Source: Azolla caroliniana
Taxonomy: Eukaryota > Plantae > Polypodiophyta
Reading direction: 5' to 3'
Length of the DNA: 64,000 nt
Assembly: GCA_043228905.1 (NCBI GenBank)
Contig: JBHGNT010000050.1
Location: 62,001 to 126,000 of the forward strand
A model generated the notes under the pieces. It saw only the letters and a list, made by a program, of their open reading frames with translations, did not search any database and was not told the origin of the DNA. This document shows positions 45,101 through 54,968 of the stretch, one piece after another. How positions within the stretch are numbered: position 1 is the first letter of the stretch; each line of letters starts with the position of its first letter. The position numbers and the translations under genes are program-made.

Positions 45101-48100
45101 TTTTTTAATTCTATGTCATAGCTAGCCTTGTTAGCTTCGATTCGCATGTTTGAACACAGAAATCCGATATCACACGAGCCACGTATGACCATTTTAATTT
45201 ACTGACGCACTCTTCTCCACTACCTCCTCAAATTTGCTAATTTCGTCATGTCTCTCGGGCTCAGTTTTAAAATTTTCAATTTTCAATTCAATATCATAGC
45301 TAGCGTTGTTAACTTCGATTCGCATGTTTGAACACAGAAATCCGATATCACACAAGCCAGGTATGACCATTTTAATTTACTCACTGGCTCTTCTCAACTC
45401 CCTCCTCAAATATGTTAATTTTTTCATGTCTCTCGAACTGAGTTTCAAAATCTCGATTTTTTAATTCTATATCATAGCTAGCCTTGTTAGCTTCGATTCG
45501 CATGTTTGAACACAGAAATCCGATATTACACGAGCCAGGTGTGACCATTTTAATTTACTCACTCGCTCTTCTCAACTCCCTCCTCCAACATGCTAATTTC
45601 CTCATGTCTCTCGACGTGAGTTTCAAAATCTTGATTTTTTAATTCTATATCAAAGCTGGCGTAGTTAGCTTCGATTCGCATGTTTGAACACAAAAATCCG
45701 ATATCACACGAACCAGGTATGACCATTTTAATTTACTCACTGGCTCTTCTCTACTCCCTCCTCAAATATGCTAATTTCCTCATGTCTCTCGAACTGAGTT
45801 TCAAAATCTCGATTTTTTAATTCTATGTCATAGCTAACCTTGTTAGCTTCGATTCGCATGTTTGAACACAGAAATCCGATATCACACGAGCCAGGTGTGA
45901 CCATTTTAATTTACTCACTGGCTCTTCTCAACTCCCTCCTTAAATATGTTAATTTCGTCATGTCTCTCGACCTAAGTTTCAAAATCTTGATTTTTTAATT
46001 CTATATCATACCTAGCGTTGTTATCTTCGATTCGCATGTTTGAACACAAATATCCGATATCACACGTGCCAGGTATGAACATTTTAATTTACTGACGTAC
46101 TCTTCTCCACTACCTCCTCAAATTTGTTACTTTCCTCATGTCTCTCGGCCTCAGTTTTAAAATTATAATTTGTCAATTCAATATCATAGCTAGCATGGTT
46201 AACTTTGATTCGCATGTTTGAACACAAAAATCTGATATCACACGAGCCAGGTATGAACATTTTAATTTACTGACGCACTCTTCTCAACTCCCTCCTCAAA
46301 TATGTTAATTTCATCATGTCTCTCGACTTGAGTTTCAAAATCTTGATTTTTTAATTCTATATCATAGCTAGCGTTGTTAGCTTCGATTCGCATGTTTGAA
46401 CACAGAAATCCGATATCACACGTGCCAGGTATGAACATTTAAGTTTACTGACACACTCTTCTCCACTACCTCCAACATGCTAATTTCCTCATGTCTCTCA
46501 ACGTGAGTTTCAAAATCTTGATTTTTTAATTCTATAGCAAAGCTAGCGTAGTTAGCTTCGATTCGCATGTTTGAACACAAAAATCCGATATCACACGAGC
46601 CAGGTATGACCATTTTAATTTACTCACTGGCTCTTCTCTACTCCCTCCTCAAATATGCTAATTTCCTCATGTCTCTCGAACTGAGTTTCAAAATCTCGAT
46701 TTTTTAATTCTATGTCATAGCTAGCCTTGTTAGCTTCGATTCGCATGTTTGAACACAGAAATCCGATATCACACGAGCCAGGTATGACCATTTTAATTTA
46801 CTCACTGGCTCTTCTCAACTCCTTCCTTAAATATGTTAATTTCATCATGTCTCTCGACCTGAGTTTCAAAATCTCGATTTTTTAATTCTATATCATACCT
46901 AGCGTTGTTATCTTCGATTCGCATGTTTGAACACAAATATCCGATATCACACGTGCCAGGTATGAACATTTTAATTTACTGACGTACTCTTCTCCAATAC
47001 CTCCTCAAATTTGTGACTTTCCTCATGTCTCTCGGCCTCAGTTTTAAAATTATAATTTGTCAATTCAATATCATAGCTAGCATGGTTAACTTTGATTCGC
47101 ATGTTTGAACACAAAAATCCGATATCACACGAGCCAGATATGACCATTTTAATTTACTCACACGCTCTTCTCAACGCCCTCCTCAAATATGCTAATTTCG
47201 TCATGTCTCTCGACCTGAGTTTCAAAATCTCGATTTTTTAATTCTATATCATAGCTAGCTTTTTTAGCTTCGATTCGCATGTTTGAACACAAAAATCCGA
47301 TATCACACGAGCCAGGTATGACTATTTTAATTTACTCACTGGCTCTTCTCCACTCCCTCCTGAAATATGCGAATTTCCTCATGTCTCTGGACCTGAGTTT
47401 CAAAATCTCGATTTTTTAATTCTATGTCATAGCTAGCCTTGTTAGCTTCGATTCGCATGTTTGAACACAGAAATCCGATATCACACGAGCCACGTATGAC
47501 CATTTTAATTTACTGACGCACTCTTCTCCACTACCTCCTCAAATTTGCTAATTTCGTCATGTCTCTCGGGCTCAGTTTTAAAATTTTCAATTTTCAATTC
47601 AATATCATAGCTAGCGTTGTTAACTTCGATTCGCATGTTTGAACACAGAAATCCGATATCACACAAGCCAGGTATGACCATTTTAATTTACTCACTGGCT
47701 CTTCTCAACTCCCTCCTCAAATATGTTAATTTTTTCATGTCTCTCGAACTGAGTTTCAAAATCTCGATTTTTTAATTCTATATCATAGCTAGCCTTGTTA
47801 GCTTCGATTCGCATGTTTGAACACAGAAATCCGATATTACACGAGCCAGGTGTGACCATTTTAATTTACTCACTCGCTCTTCTCAACTCCCTCCTCCAAC
47901 ATGCTAATTTCCTCATGTCTCTCGACGTGAGTTTCAAAATCTTGATTTTTTAATTCTATATCAAAGCTGGCGTAGTTAGCTTCGATTCGCATGTTTGAAC
48001 ACAAAAATCCGATATCACACGAACCAGGTATGACCATTTTAATTTACTCACTGGCTCTTCTCTACTCCCTCCTCAAATATGCTAATTTCCTCATGTCTCT

Positions 48101-48726
48101 CGAACTGAGTTTCAAAATCTCGATTTTTTAATTCTATGTCATAGCTAACCTTGTTAGCTTCGATTCGCATGTTTGAACACAGAAATCCGATATCACACGA
48201 GCCAGGTGTGACCATTTTAATTTACTCACTGGCTCTTCTCAACTCCCTCCTTAAATATGTTAATTTCGTCATGTCTCTCGACCTAAGTTTCAAAATCTTG
48301 ATTTTTTAATTCTATATCATACCTAGCGTTGTTATCTTCGATTCGCATGTTTGAACACAAATATCCGATATCACACGTGCCAGGTATGAACATTTTAATT
48401 TACTGACGTACTCTTCTCCACTACCTCCTCAAATTTGTTACTTTCCTCATGTCTCTCGGCCTCAGTTTTAAAATTATAATTTGTCAATTCAATATCATAG
48501 CTAGCATGGTTAACTTTGATTCGCATGTTTGAACACAAAAATCTGATATCACACGAGCCAGGTATGAACATTTTAATTTACTGACGCACTCTTCTCAACT
48601 CCCTCCTCAAATATGTTAATTTCATCATGTCTCTCGACTTGAGTTTCAAAATCTTGATTTTTTAATTCTATATCATAGCTAGCGTTGTTAGCTTCGATTC
48701 GCATGTTTGAACACAGAAATCCGATA
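42150..48726. repeat. Second HOR block: one 11-mer (1955 bp) plus two 13-mers (2311 bp)
   Basis: Marker monomer at 42150, 44105, 46416 and 48727. This matches 32019-38595 at a constant offset of 10131 bp. Confidence 0.9.
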
Positions 48727-51700
48727 TCACACGTGCCAGGTATGAACATTTAAGTTTACTGACACACTCTTCTCCACTACCTCCAACATGCTAATTTCCT
48801 CATGTCTCTCAACGTGAGTTTCAAAATCTTGATTTTTTAATTCTATAGCAAAGCTAGCGTAGTTAGCTTCGATTCGCATGTTTGAACACAAAAATCCGAT
48901 ATCACACGAGCCAGGTATGACCATTTTAATTTACTCACTGGCTCTTCTCAACTCCCTCCTCAAATATGTTAATTTTTTCATGTCTCTCGAACTGAGTTTC
49001 AAAATCTCGATTTTTTAATTCTATGTCATAGCTAGCCTTGTTAGCTTCGATTCGCATGTTTGAACACCGAAATCCGATATCACACGAGCCAGGTGTGACC
49101 ATTTTAATTTACTCACTCGCTCTTCTCAACTCCCTCCTCCAACATGCTAATTTCCTCATGTCTCTCGACGTGAGTTTCAAAATCTTGATTTTTTAATTCT
49201 ATATCAAAGCTAGCGTAGTTAGCTTCGATTCGCATGTTTGAACACAAAAATCCGATATCACACGAGCCAGGTATGACCATTTTAATTTACTCACTGGCTC
49301 TTCTCTACTCCCTCCTCAAATATGCTAATTTCCTCATGTCTCTCGAACTGAGAGTCAAAATCTCGATTTTTTAATTCTATGTCATAGCTAGCCTTGTTAG
49401 CTTCGATTCGCATGTTTGAACACAGAAATCCGATATCACACGAGCCACGTATGACCATTTTAATTTACTCACTGGCTCTTCTCAACTACCTCCTGAAATA
49501 TGCTAATTTCGGCATGTCTTTCGACGTGAGTTTCAAAATCTTGATTTTTAAATTCTATATCAAAGCTAGCGTTGTTAGCTCCGATTCGCATGTTTGAACA
49601 CAAAAATCCGATATTACACGAGCTAGGTATGACTATTTTAATTTACTCACTCGCTCTTCTCAACTCCCTCCTCAAATATGCTAATTTCCTCATGTCTCTC
49701 GACCTGAGTTTCAAAATCTCGATTTTTTAATTCTATATCATAGCTAGCCTTGTTAGCTTCGATTCGCATGTTTGAACATAGAAATCCGATATCACACGAG
49801 CCAGGCATGACCATTTTAATTTACTTACTGGCTCTTCTCAACTCCCTCCTTAAATATGTTAATTTTGTCATATCTCTCGACCTGAGTTTCAAAATCTCGA
49901 TCTTCTAATTCTATATCATAGCTAGCGTTGTTATCTTCGAGTCGCATGTTTGAACACATAAATCCGATATCACACGAGCCAGGTATGACCATTTTAATTT
50001 ACACTCTAGCACTTCTCAACTCCCTCCTCAAATATGCTAATTTCCTCATGTCTCTCGACTTTCGTTTCAAAATCTTGATTTTTAATTCTATATCATAGCT
50101 AGCCTTGTTAGCTTCGATTCGCATGTTTGAACACAGAAATCCGATATCACACGAGCCAGGTATGACCATTTTAATTTACTCACTGGCTCTTCTCAACTCC
50201 CTCCTCCAACATGCTAATTTCCTCATGTCTTTCGACGTCAGTTTCAAAATCTCGATTTTTTAATTCTATATCATAGCTAGCCTTGTTAGCTTCGATTTGC
50301 ATGTTTGAACACAGAAATCCGATATCACACGAGCCAGGTATAACCATTTCGTCATGTGTCTCGACCTAAGTTTCAAAATCTCGATTTTTTAATTCTATAT
50401 CATAGCTAGCGTTGTTATCTTCGATTCGCATGTTTGAACACAAATATCCGATATCACACGTGCCAGGTATGAACATTTTAATTTACTGACGTACTCTTCT
50501 CCACTACCTCCTCAAATTTGTTACTTTCCTCATGTCTCTCGGCCTCAGTTTTAAAATTATAATTTGTCAATTCAATATCATAGCTAGCATGGTTAACTTT
50601 GATTCGCATGTTTGAACACAAAAATCTGATATCACACGAGCCAGGTATGAACATTTTAATTTACTGACGCACTCTTCTCCACTCCCTCCTCAAATATGTT
50701 AATTTCGTCATGTCTCTCGACCTGAGTTTCAAAATCTTGATTTTTTAATTCTATATCATAGCTAGCGTTGTTAGCTTCGATTCGCATGTTTGAACACAGA
50801 AATCCGATATCACACGTGCCAGGTATGAACATTTTAATTTACTAACACACTCTTCTCCACTACCTCCTCAAATTTGCTAATTTCCTCATGTCTCTCGGCC
50901 TCAGTTTTAAAATTCTAATTTTTCAATTCAATATCATAGCTAGCGTTGTTAACCTCGATTCGCATGTTTGAACACAGAAATCCGATATCACACGAGCCAG
51001 GTATGACCATTTTAATTTACTCACTGGCTCTTCTCAACTCCTTCCTTAAATATGTTAATTTCGTCATGTCTCTCGACCTGAGTTTCAAAATCTCGATTTT
51101 TTAATTCTATATCATAGCTAGCTTTGTTAGCTTCGATTCGCATGTTTGAACACAAAAATCCGATATCACACGAGCCAGGTATGACTATTTTAATTTACTC
51201 ACTGGCTCTTCTCCACTCCCTCATCAAATATGCAAATTTCCTCATGTCTCTCGACCTGAGTTTCAAAATCTCGATTTTTTAATTCTATGTCATAGCTAGC
51301 CTTGTTAGCTTCGATTCGCATGTTTGAACACAGAAATCCGATATCACACGAGCCACGTATGACCATTTTAATTTACTGACGCACTCTTCTCCACTACCTC
51401 CTCAAATTTGCTAATTTCGTCATGTCTCTCGGCCTCAGTTTTAAAATTATCAATTTTCAATTCAATATCATAGCTAGCGTTGTTAACTTCGATTCGTATG
51501 TTTGAACACAGAAATCCGATATCACACGAGCCAGGTATGACCATTTTAATTTACTCACTGGCTCTTCTCAACTCCCTCCTCAAATATGTTAATTTCCTCA
51601 TGTCTCTCGACCTGAGTTTCAAAATCTCGATTTTTTAATTCTATATCATAGCTAGCCTTGTTAGCTTCGATTCGCATGTTTGAACACAGAAATCCGATAT

Positions 51701-53117
51701 CACACGAGCCAGGTGTGACCATTTTAATTTACTCAATCGCTCTTCTAAACTCCCTCCTCAAATATGCTAATTTCCTCATGTCTCTCGACGTGAGTTTCAA
51801 AATCTTGATTTTTTAATTCTATATCAAAGCTAGCGTAGTTAACTTCGATTCGCATGTTTGAACACAAAAATCCGATATCACACGAGCCAGGTATGACCAT
51901 TTTAATTTACTCACTGGCTATTCTCAACTCCCTCCTCAAATATGCTAATTTTCTCATGTCTATCGACCTGAGTTTCAAAATCTTGATTTTTTAATTCTAT
52001 ATTATAGCTAGCCTTGTTAGCTTCGATTCGCATGTTTGAACACAGAAATCCGATATCACACGAGCCAGGTATGACCATTTTAATTTACTCACACGCTCTT
52101 CTCAACTCCCTCCTCAAATATGCTAATTTCGTCATGTCTCTCGATCTGAGTTTCAAAATCTTGATATTTTAATTCTATATCATAGCTAGCGTTGTTAGCG
52201 TCGATTCGCATGTTTGAACACAAATATCCGATATCACACGAGCCAGGTGTGAACATTTTGATTTACTCACTGGCTCTTCTCAACTCCTTCTTGAAATATG
52301 CTAATTTCCTCATGTCTCTCGACCTGAGTTTCAAAATCTTGATTTTTTAATTCTATATCATAGCTAGCGTTGTTAGCTTCGATTCGCATGTTTGAACACA
52401 AAAATCCGATATCACACGAGCCAGGTATGAACATTTTAATTTACTCACTAGCTCTTCTCAACTCCCTCCTCAAATATTGTAATTTCTTCATGTCTCTCGA
52501 CCTGAGTTTCAAAATCTCGATTATTTAATTCTATATCATAGCTAGCGTTGTTATCTTCGATTCGCATGTTTGAACACAAAAATCCGATATCACACGTGCC
52601 AGGTATGAACATTTTAATTTACTGACGCACTCTTCTGCACTACCTCCTCAAATTTGCTAATTTCCTCATGTCTCTCGGCCTCAGTTTTAAAATTAAAAAT
52701 TTTCAATTCAATATCATAGCTAACGTTGTTAACTTCGATTCGCATGTTTGAACACAAAAATCTGATATCACACGAGCCCGGTATGAACATTTTAATTTAA
52801 TCACAACCTCTTCTCAACTCCCTCCTCAAATATGCTTATTTTTTCATGTCTCTCGACCTGAGTTTCAAAATCTCGATTTTTTGCTATGACCGTAGGATCG
52901 TGACAAGGAGTGCGAGCGAACTAGCACAACTATTGAGATGATATGGGAAGAGTAAGAAAAGAAATAAAGCAATGATGCAAGTGAAACTAAGGTGAGTAGG
53001 ATTAGAGGTGACCAAGAGTAAAAGAGAATGAGAGAATGAGATGAAAGAAGAAGAGAAGAAGAGAAGAGTGAGTGAGAAAAGAGAAAAGAGAAAAGCTTAA
53101 GAAATTTTCATTAGAAA

Positions 53118-53169
53118 GACCTTGTGCAAACTAGTTTCGCTCTAGGTAGAGCTCATCAGTGCCAAGGTC
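53118..53169 (-). ncRNA. Type I minimal hammerhead ribozyme
   Basis: Minus strand reads GACCUUG-GCA CUGAUGA GCUCU-ACCU-AGAGC GAAA CUAG UU UGC-A-CAAGGUC. It has intact CUGAUGA and GAAA core boxes, a 5-bp stem II, a 10-bp stem I with one bulged A, and a palindromic minimal stem III. Predicted cleavage is after GUU, between 53129 and 53128. Confidence 0.9.
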
Positions 53170-53189
53170 ATTTACAACAAGAGGGTAGG

Positions 53190-53197
53190 TTTATATA
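53190..53197 (-). promoter_or_regulatory. Candidate TATA box (TATATAAA) in the PLE 3' terminal region
   Basis: Minus strand reads CCCCC-TATATAAA-CC, starting 28 nt upstream of the first base of the hammerhead and just downstream of the (CT)31 tract. Function is inferred from position only. Confidence 0.5.
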
Positions 53198-53203
53198 GGG
53201 GGA

Positions 53204-53205
<2 letters not shown>

Positions 53206-53267
<62 letters not shown>
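53206..53267. repeat. (GA)31 microsatellite, (CT)n on the element sense strand
   Basis: Perfect 62-bp dinucleotide run in the 3' UTR of the PLE. Confidence 0.97.
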
Positions 53268-53270
<3 letters not shown>

Positions 53271-53380
53271 GGAGTTTAATGATGGGAGAGAGGGAAACGG
53301 GGAATTGTGATAGGTAATGGATTGGTTAGTGAAAGTGGGTTAGAGGGGGGTTATATGTATGTACATGATAAGTGATAGGT

Positions 53381-53401
53381 GGGGGTGGGTGTGGGGGTGG
53401 G
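53381..53401 (+). other. Potential G-quadruplex motif
   Basis: GGGGG-T-GGG-TGT-GGGGG-T-GGG: four G-tracts of at least 3 with 1-3 nt loops, about 20 nt beyond the RT stop codon. Confidence 0.55.
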
Positions 53402-53420
53402 ATATAAAAGGCATATAGTA

Positions 53421-54968
53421 TTAAGTGGGAGTTTTTATGGATTTATATTTAGTTTTGACGAGAAGAGAATGAATGGACTTAGACTTAGTCCAACATATGA
53501 AGGGTCGCGGTAGTTCGGATAGTTGGGGATGTGTGGCTAAATCTGCGTGGAGGTTTTCTAGCATGTCGTGAATTCCTAATCTAGGGGTATCTTTCGTATA
53601 CCTAAGTTTGAAGATGACAGGTATAAGGGTACTTTTAGGTTTTCTACTAAATACTAGTGATTTCCTGGCGTTAAATGGCACCTTTTTATAATTCTCTAAT
53701 ATAAAAGAAAGGGGATACCCTCTCTTAACTAATCTACTAAAAAATAGTTTTTTCATTCGAAGGAAACCTAAGGGGGTACTTTCTCTAATTAGGTATCGTT
53801 TTAGTTCATTAATAATAAAATGACGTTTTAAGTGAAGGGGGTGAACTGACGAGAATGAGAGATATTGGTAGGCATTTTGAGGCTTTTGGTAGCAATTAAA
53901 GGAGAAATGTGAATTCTTTAGGTTAATCCATAAATCTAAGAACGGTAATCTAAAGGGAGAAGTGGTGATGGTAATTTTGATGCAATTATTAGTGGAGGTG
54001 TTATAGAACTGGAGGTAATTTTCTAATTCGGGTTTAGTACCTGTCCATATCCCGAATGCATCATCTATATATCTAGTGAAATAAAAAAGATTAGGGTGTG
54101 ATGGCTGGGAGTTCTCTAAGTGAGCTAAGAATAGGCATGCATAAACTACAGAAAAATTACTACCCATGGCTGTACCCTTGACTTGTTGATAGATCATGTC
54201 ATCAAAGGATAGAAAGTGATATTCTAATGTGAGTGCGCTAAGTGTATAGATAAGGTTAGTTTTAGAAGATGAAAAATGTGGGGTAATCATTTTTCGTAAA
54301 GCTTGGAGTCCTAACCTAGGGGGTATGCTGGGATATAGAGATTCAACATCAAAGGTGAAGATAAAGCTATTAGGGGGTGGGTTGAGATGTTCTAAAGTCT
54401 GGACAAGGGAATGTGAGTCTTTCAAATATTGCTTTTGAAGGAGAAGGATAGGCATGAGTTGGTGGTGAAGCCATTTTGATGTTTGTTCAAAAAGGGAGTT
54501 ATTGTATGAGCAAATAGGTCTAAAACCTATTGGGTTTTTATGGAGTTTTGGGAGGAAATAGATATTGCATACTTTGTACCCTTTTGAGGGTTTATGTAGT
54601 ATGTAATTGGCTTCTATGTTGGATAGGGTACCAAGATGGTTATTAACAATGTTTTTCAATCTATAGGATAATTCCTCAAGTGGATAGTGGGAGACTTTTT
54701 TATATGTATTAGTATCAGAAAGGTGTTCTATAGCTTTGTTATAGTACGTGTCCTTATCAAGAACACACACTCCACCATTCTTGTCAGCAGGTAGGATTAT
54801 GATTTTGTTGTTTTTCTTAAGAGATTGTAAGGCTAGTGATAAGTGAGGTGCAATCCTAGTGGGTTTTAATTTGAGTGTATGAAGTGTGTCCCTAAAGATA
54901 GTTTGGTGTTTAGATATAATGTTTTCTAAGGGAGTGTACTTAGTAGGAGGTTGCCAACTAGGGTTAGG
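53421..54968 (-). CDS. PLE-type reverse transcriptase, N-terminally truncated (515 element-derived codons plus stop, no internal stop); no C-terminal GIY-YIG
   Basis: PLE RT motifs in order: ILPADKNGGVCVLD, IYFLPKLHK..FRPICS, FTFDVESLYPSIP, QQVKGTAMGS, RYIDD, LPFLDL, YQKP..YL.F.S.HP, RGYP. The first 17 aa of the listed 532-aa ORF (54969-55019, GTG start) are satellite read-through. Confidence 0.92.
   Translation of the reverse strand, partial: PNPSWQPPTKYTPLENIISKHQTIFRDTLHTLKLKPTRIAPHLSLALQSLKKNNKIIILPADKNGGVCVLDKDTYYNKAIEHLSDTNTYKKVSHYPLEELSYRLKNIVNNHLGTLSNIEANYILHKPSKGYKVCNIYFLPKLHKNPIGFRPICSYNNSLFEQTSKWLHHQLMPILLLQKQYLKDSHSLVQTLEHLNPPPNSFIFTFDVESLYPSIPPRLGLQALRKMITPHFSSSKTNLIYTLSALTLEYHFLSFDDMIYQQVKGTAMGSNFSVVYACLFLAHLENSQPSHPNLFYFTRYIDDAFGIWTGTKPELENYLQFYNTSTNNCIKITITTSPFRLPFLDLWINLKNSHFSFNCYQKPQNAYQYLSFSSVHPLHLKRHFIINELKRYLIRESTPLGFLRMKKLFFSRLVKRGYPLSFILENYKKVPFNARKSLVFSRKPKSTLIPVIFKLRYTKDTPRLGIHDMLENLHADLATHPQLSELPRPFICWTKSKSIHSLLVKTKYKSIKTPT

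Larger units (their letters stand above)
1..52882. repeat. 178-bp tandem satellite array (left part), centromere-like, with higher-order structure
   Basis: The motif ATCACACGAGCCAGGTATGA recurs at 1, 179, 357 and onward with a 178-bp period. Core GATTCGCATGTTTGAACAC is near-invariant. All monomers are in one orientation. The centromeric role is inferred only from nucleosome-scale monomer length and HORs. Confidence 0.98.
52883..54968 (-). mobile_element. Penelope-like retroelement (PLE), 5'-truncated, inserted in the satellite
   Basis: It is the only non-satellite sequence. Satellite stops after ...TCTCGATTTTTT (52882) and resumes at TAGCCTTGTTAG (54969). It contains a PLE-type RT frame and a hammerhead ribozyme. 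No LTR-retrotransposon or LINE domains and no TSD are seen. Confidence 0.92.

Noticed and set aside
1562-49597. Dozens of 60-86 aa ORFs (MLASIRMFEH..., MKLKSRDMTK..., MVIPGSCDIG...)
   Set aside because: They are translations of satellite monomer variants that happen to lack a stop, many with non-ATG starts. They recur with HOR periodicity and show no protein motifs. I used them only as positional markers.
53097-53112. ATG just downstream of the hammerhead on the minus strand as the start of a second ORF
   Set aside because: It reads ATG AAA ATT TCT TAA, only four codons.
54959-54968. TAGGGTTAGG at the element 5' junction as a telomeric repeat (Athena/Coprina-style)
   Set aside because: It is under two units and lies within the open frame (encodes part of PNPS). 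It is expected by chance in this G/T-rich strand.
52883-54968. LINE, LTR retrotransposon, group II intron or telomerase assignment; second pseudo-LTR or TSD
   Set aside because: There is no APE, RNase H or integrase domain, no LTR pair and no poly(A) tail. The DKN, LPKLHK, GTAMGS and HP/RGYP motifs plus a hammerhead fit PLEs. No repeat of the 3' region or duplicated target was found at the 5' end.
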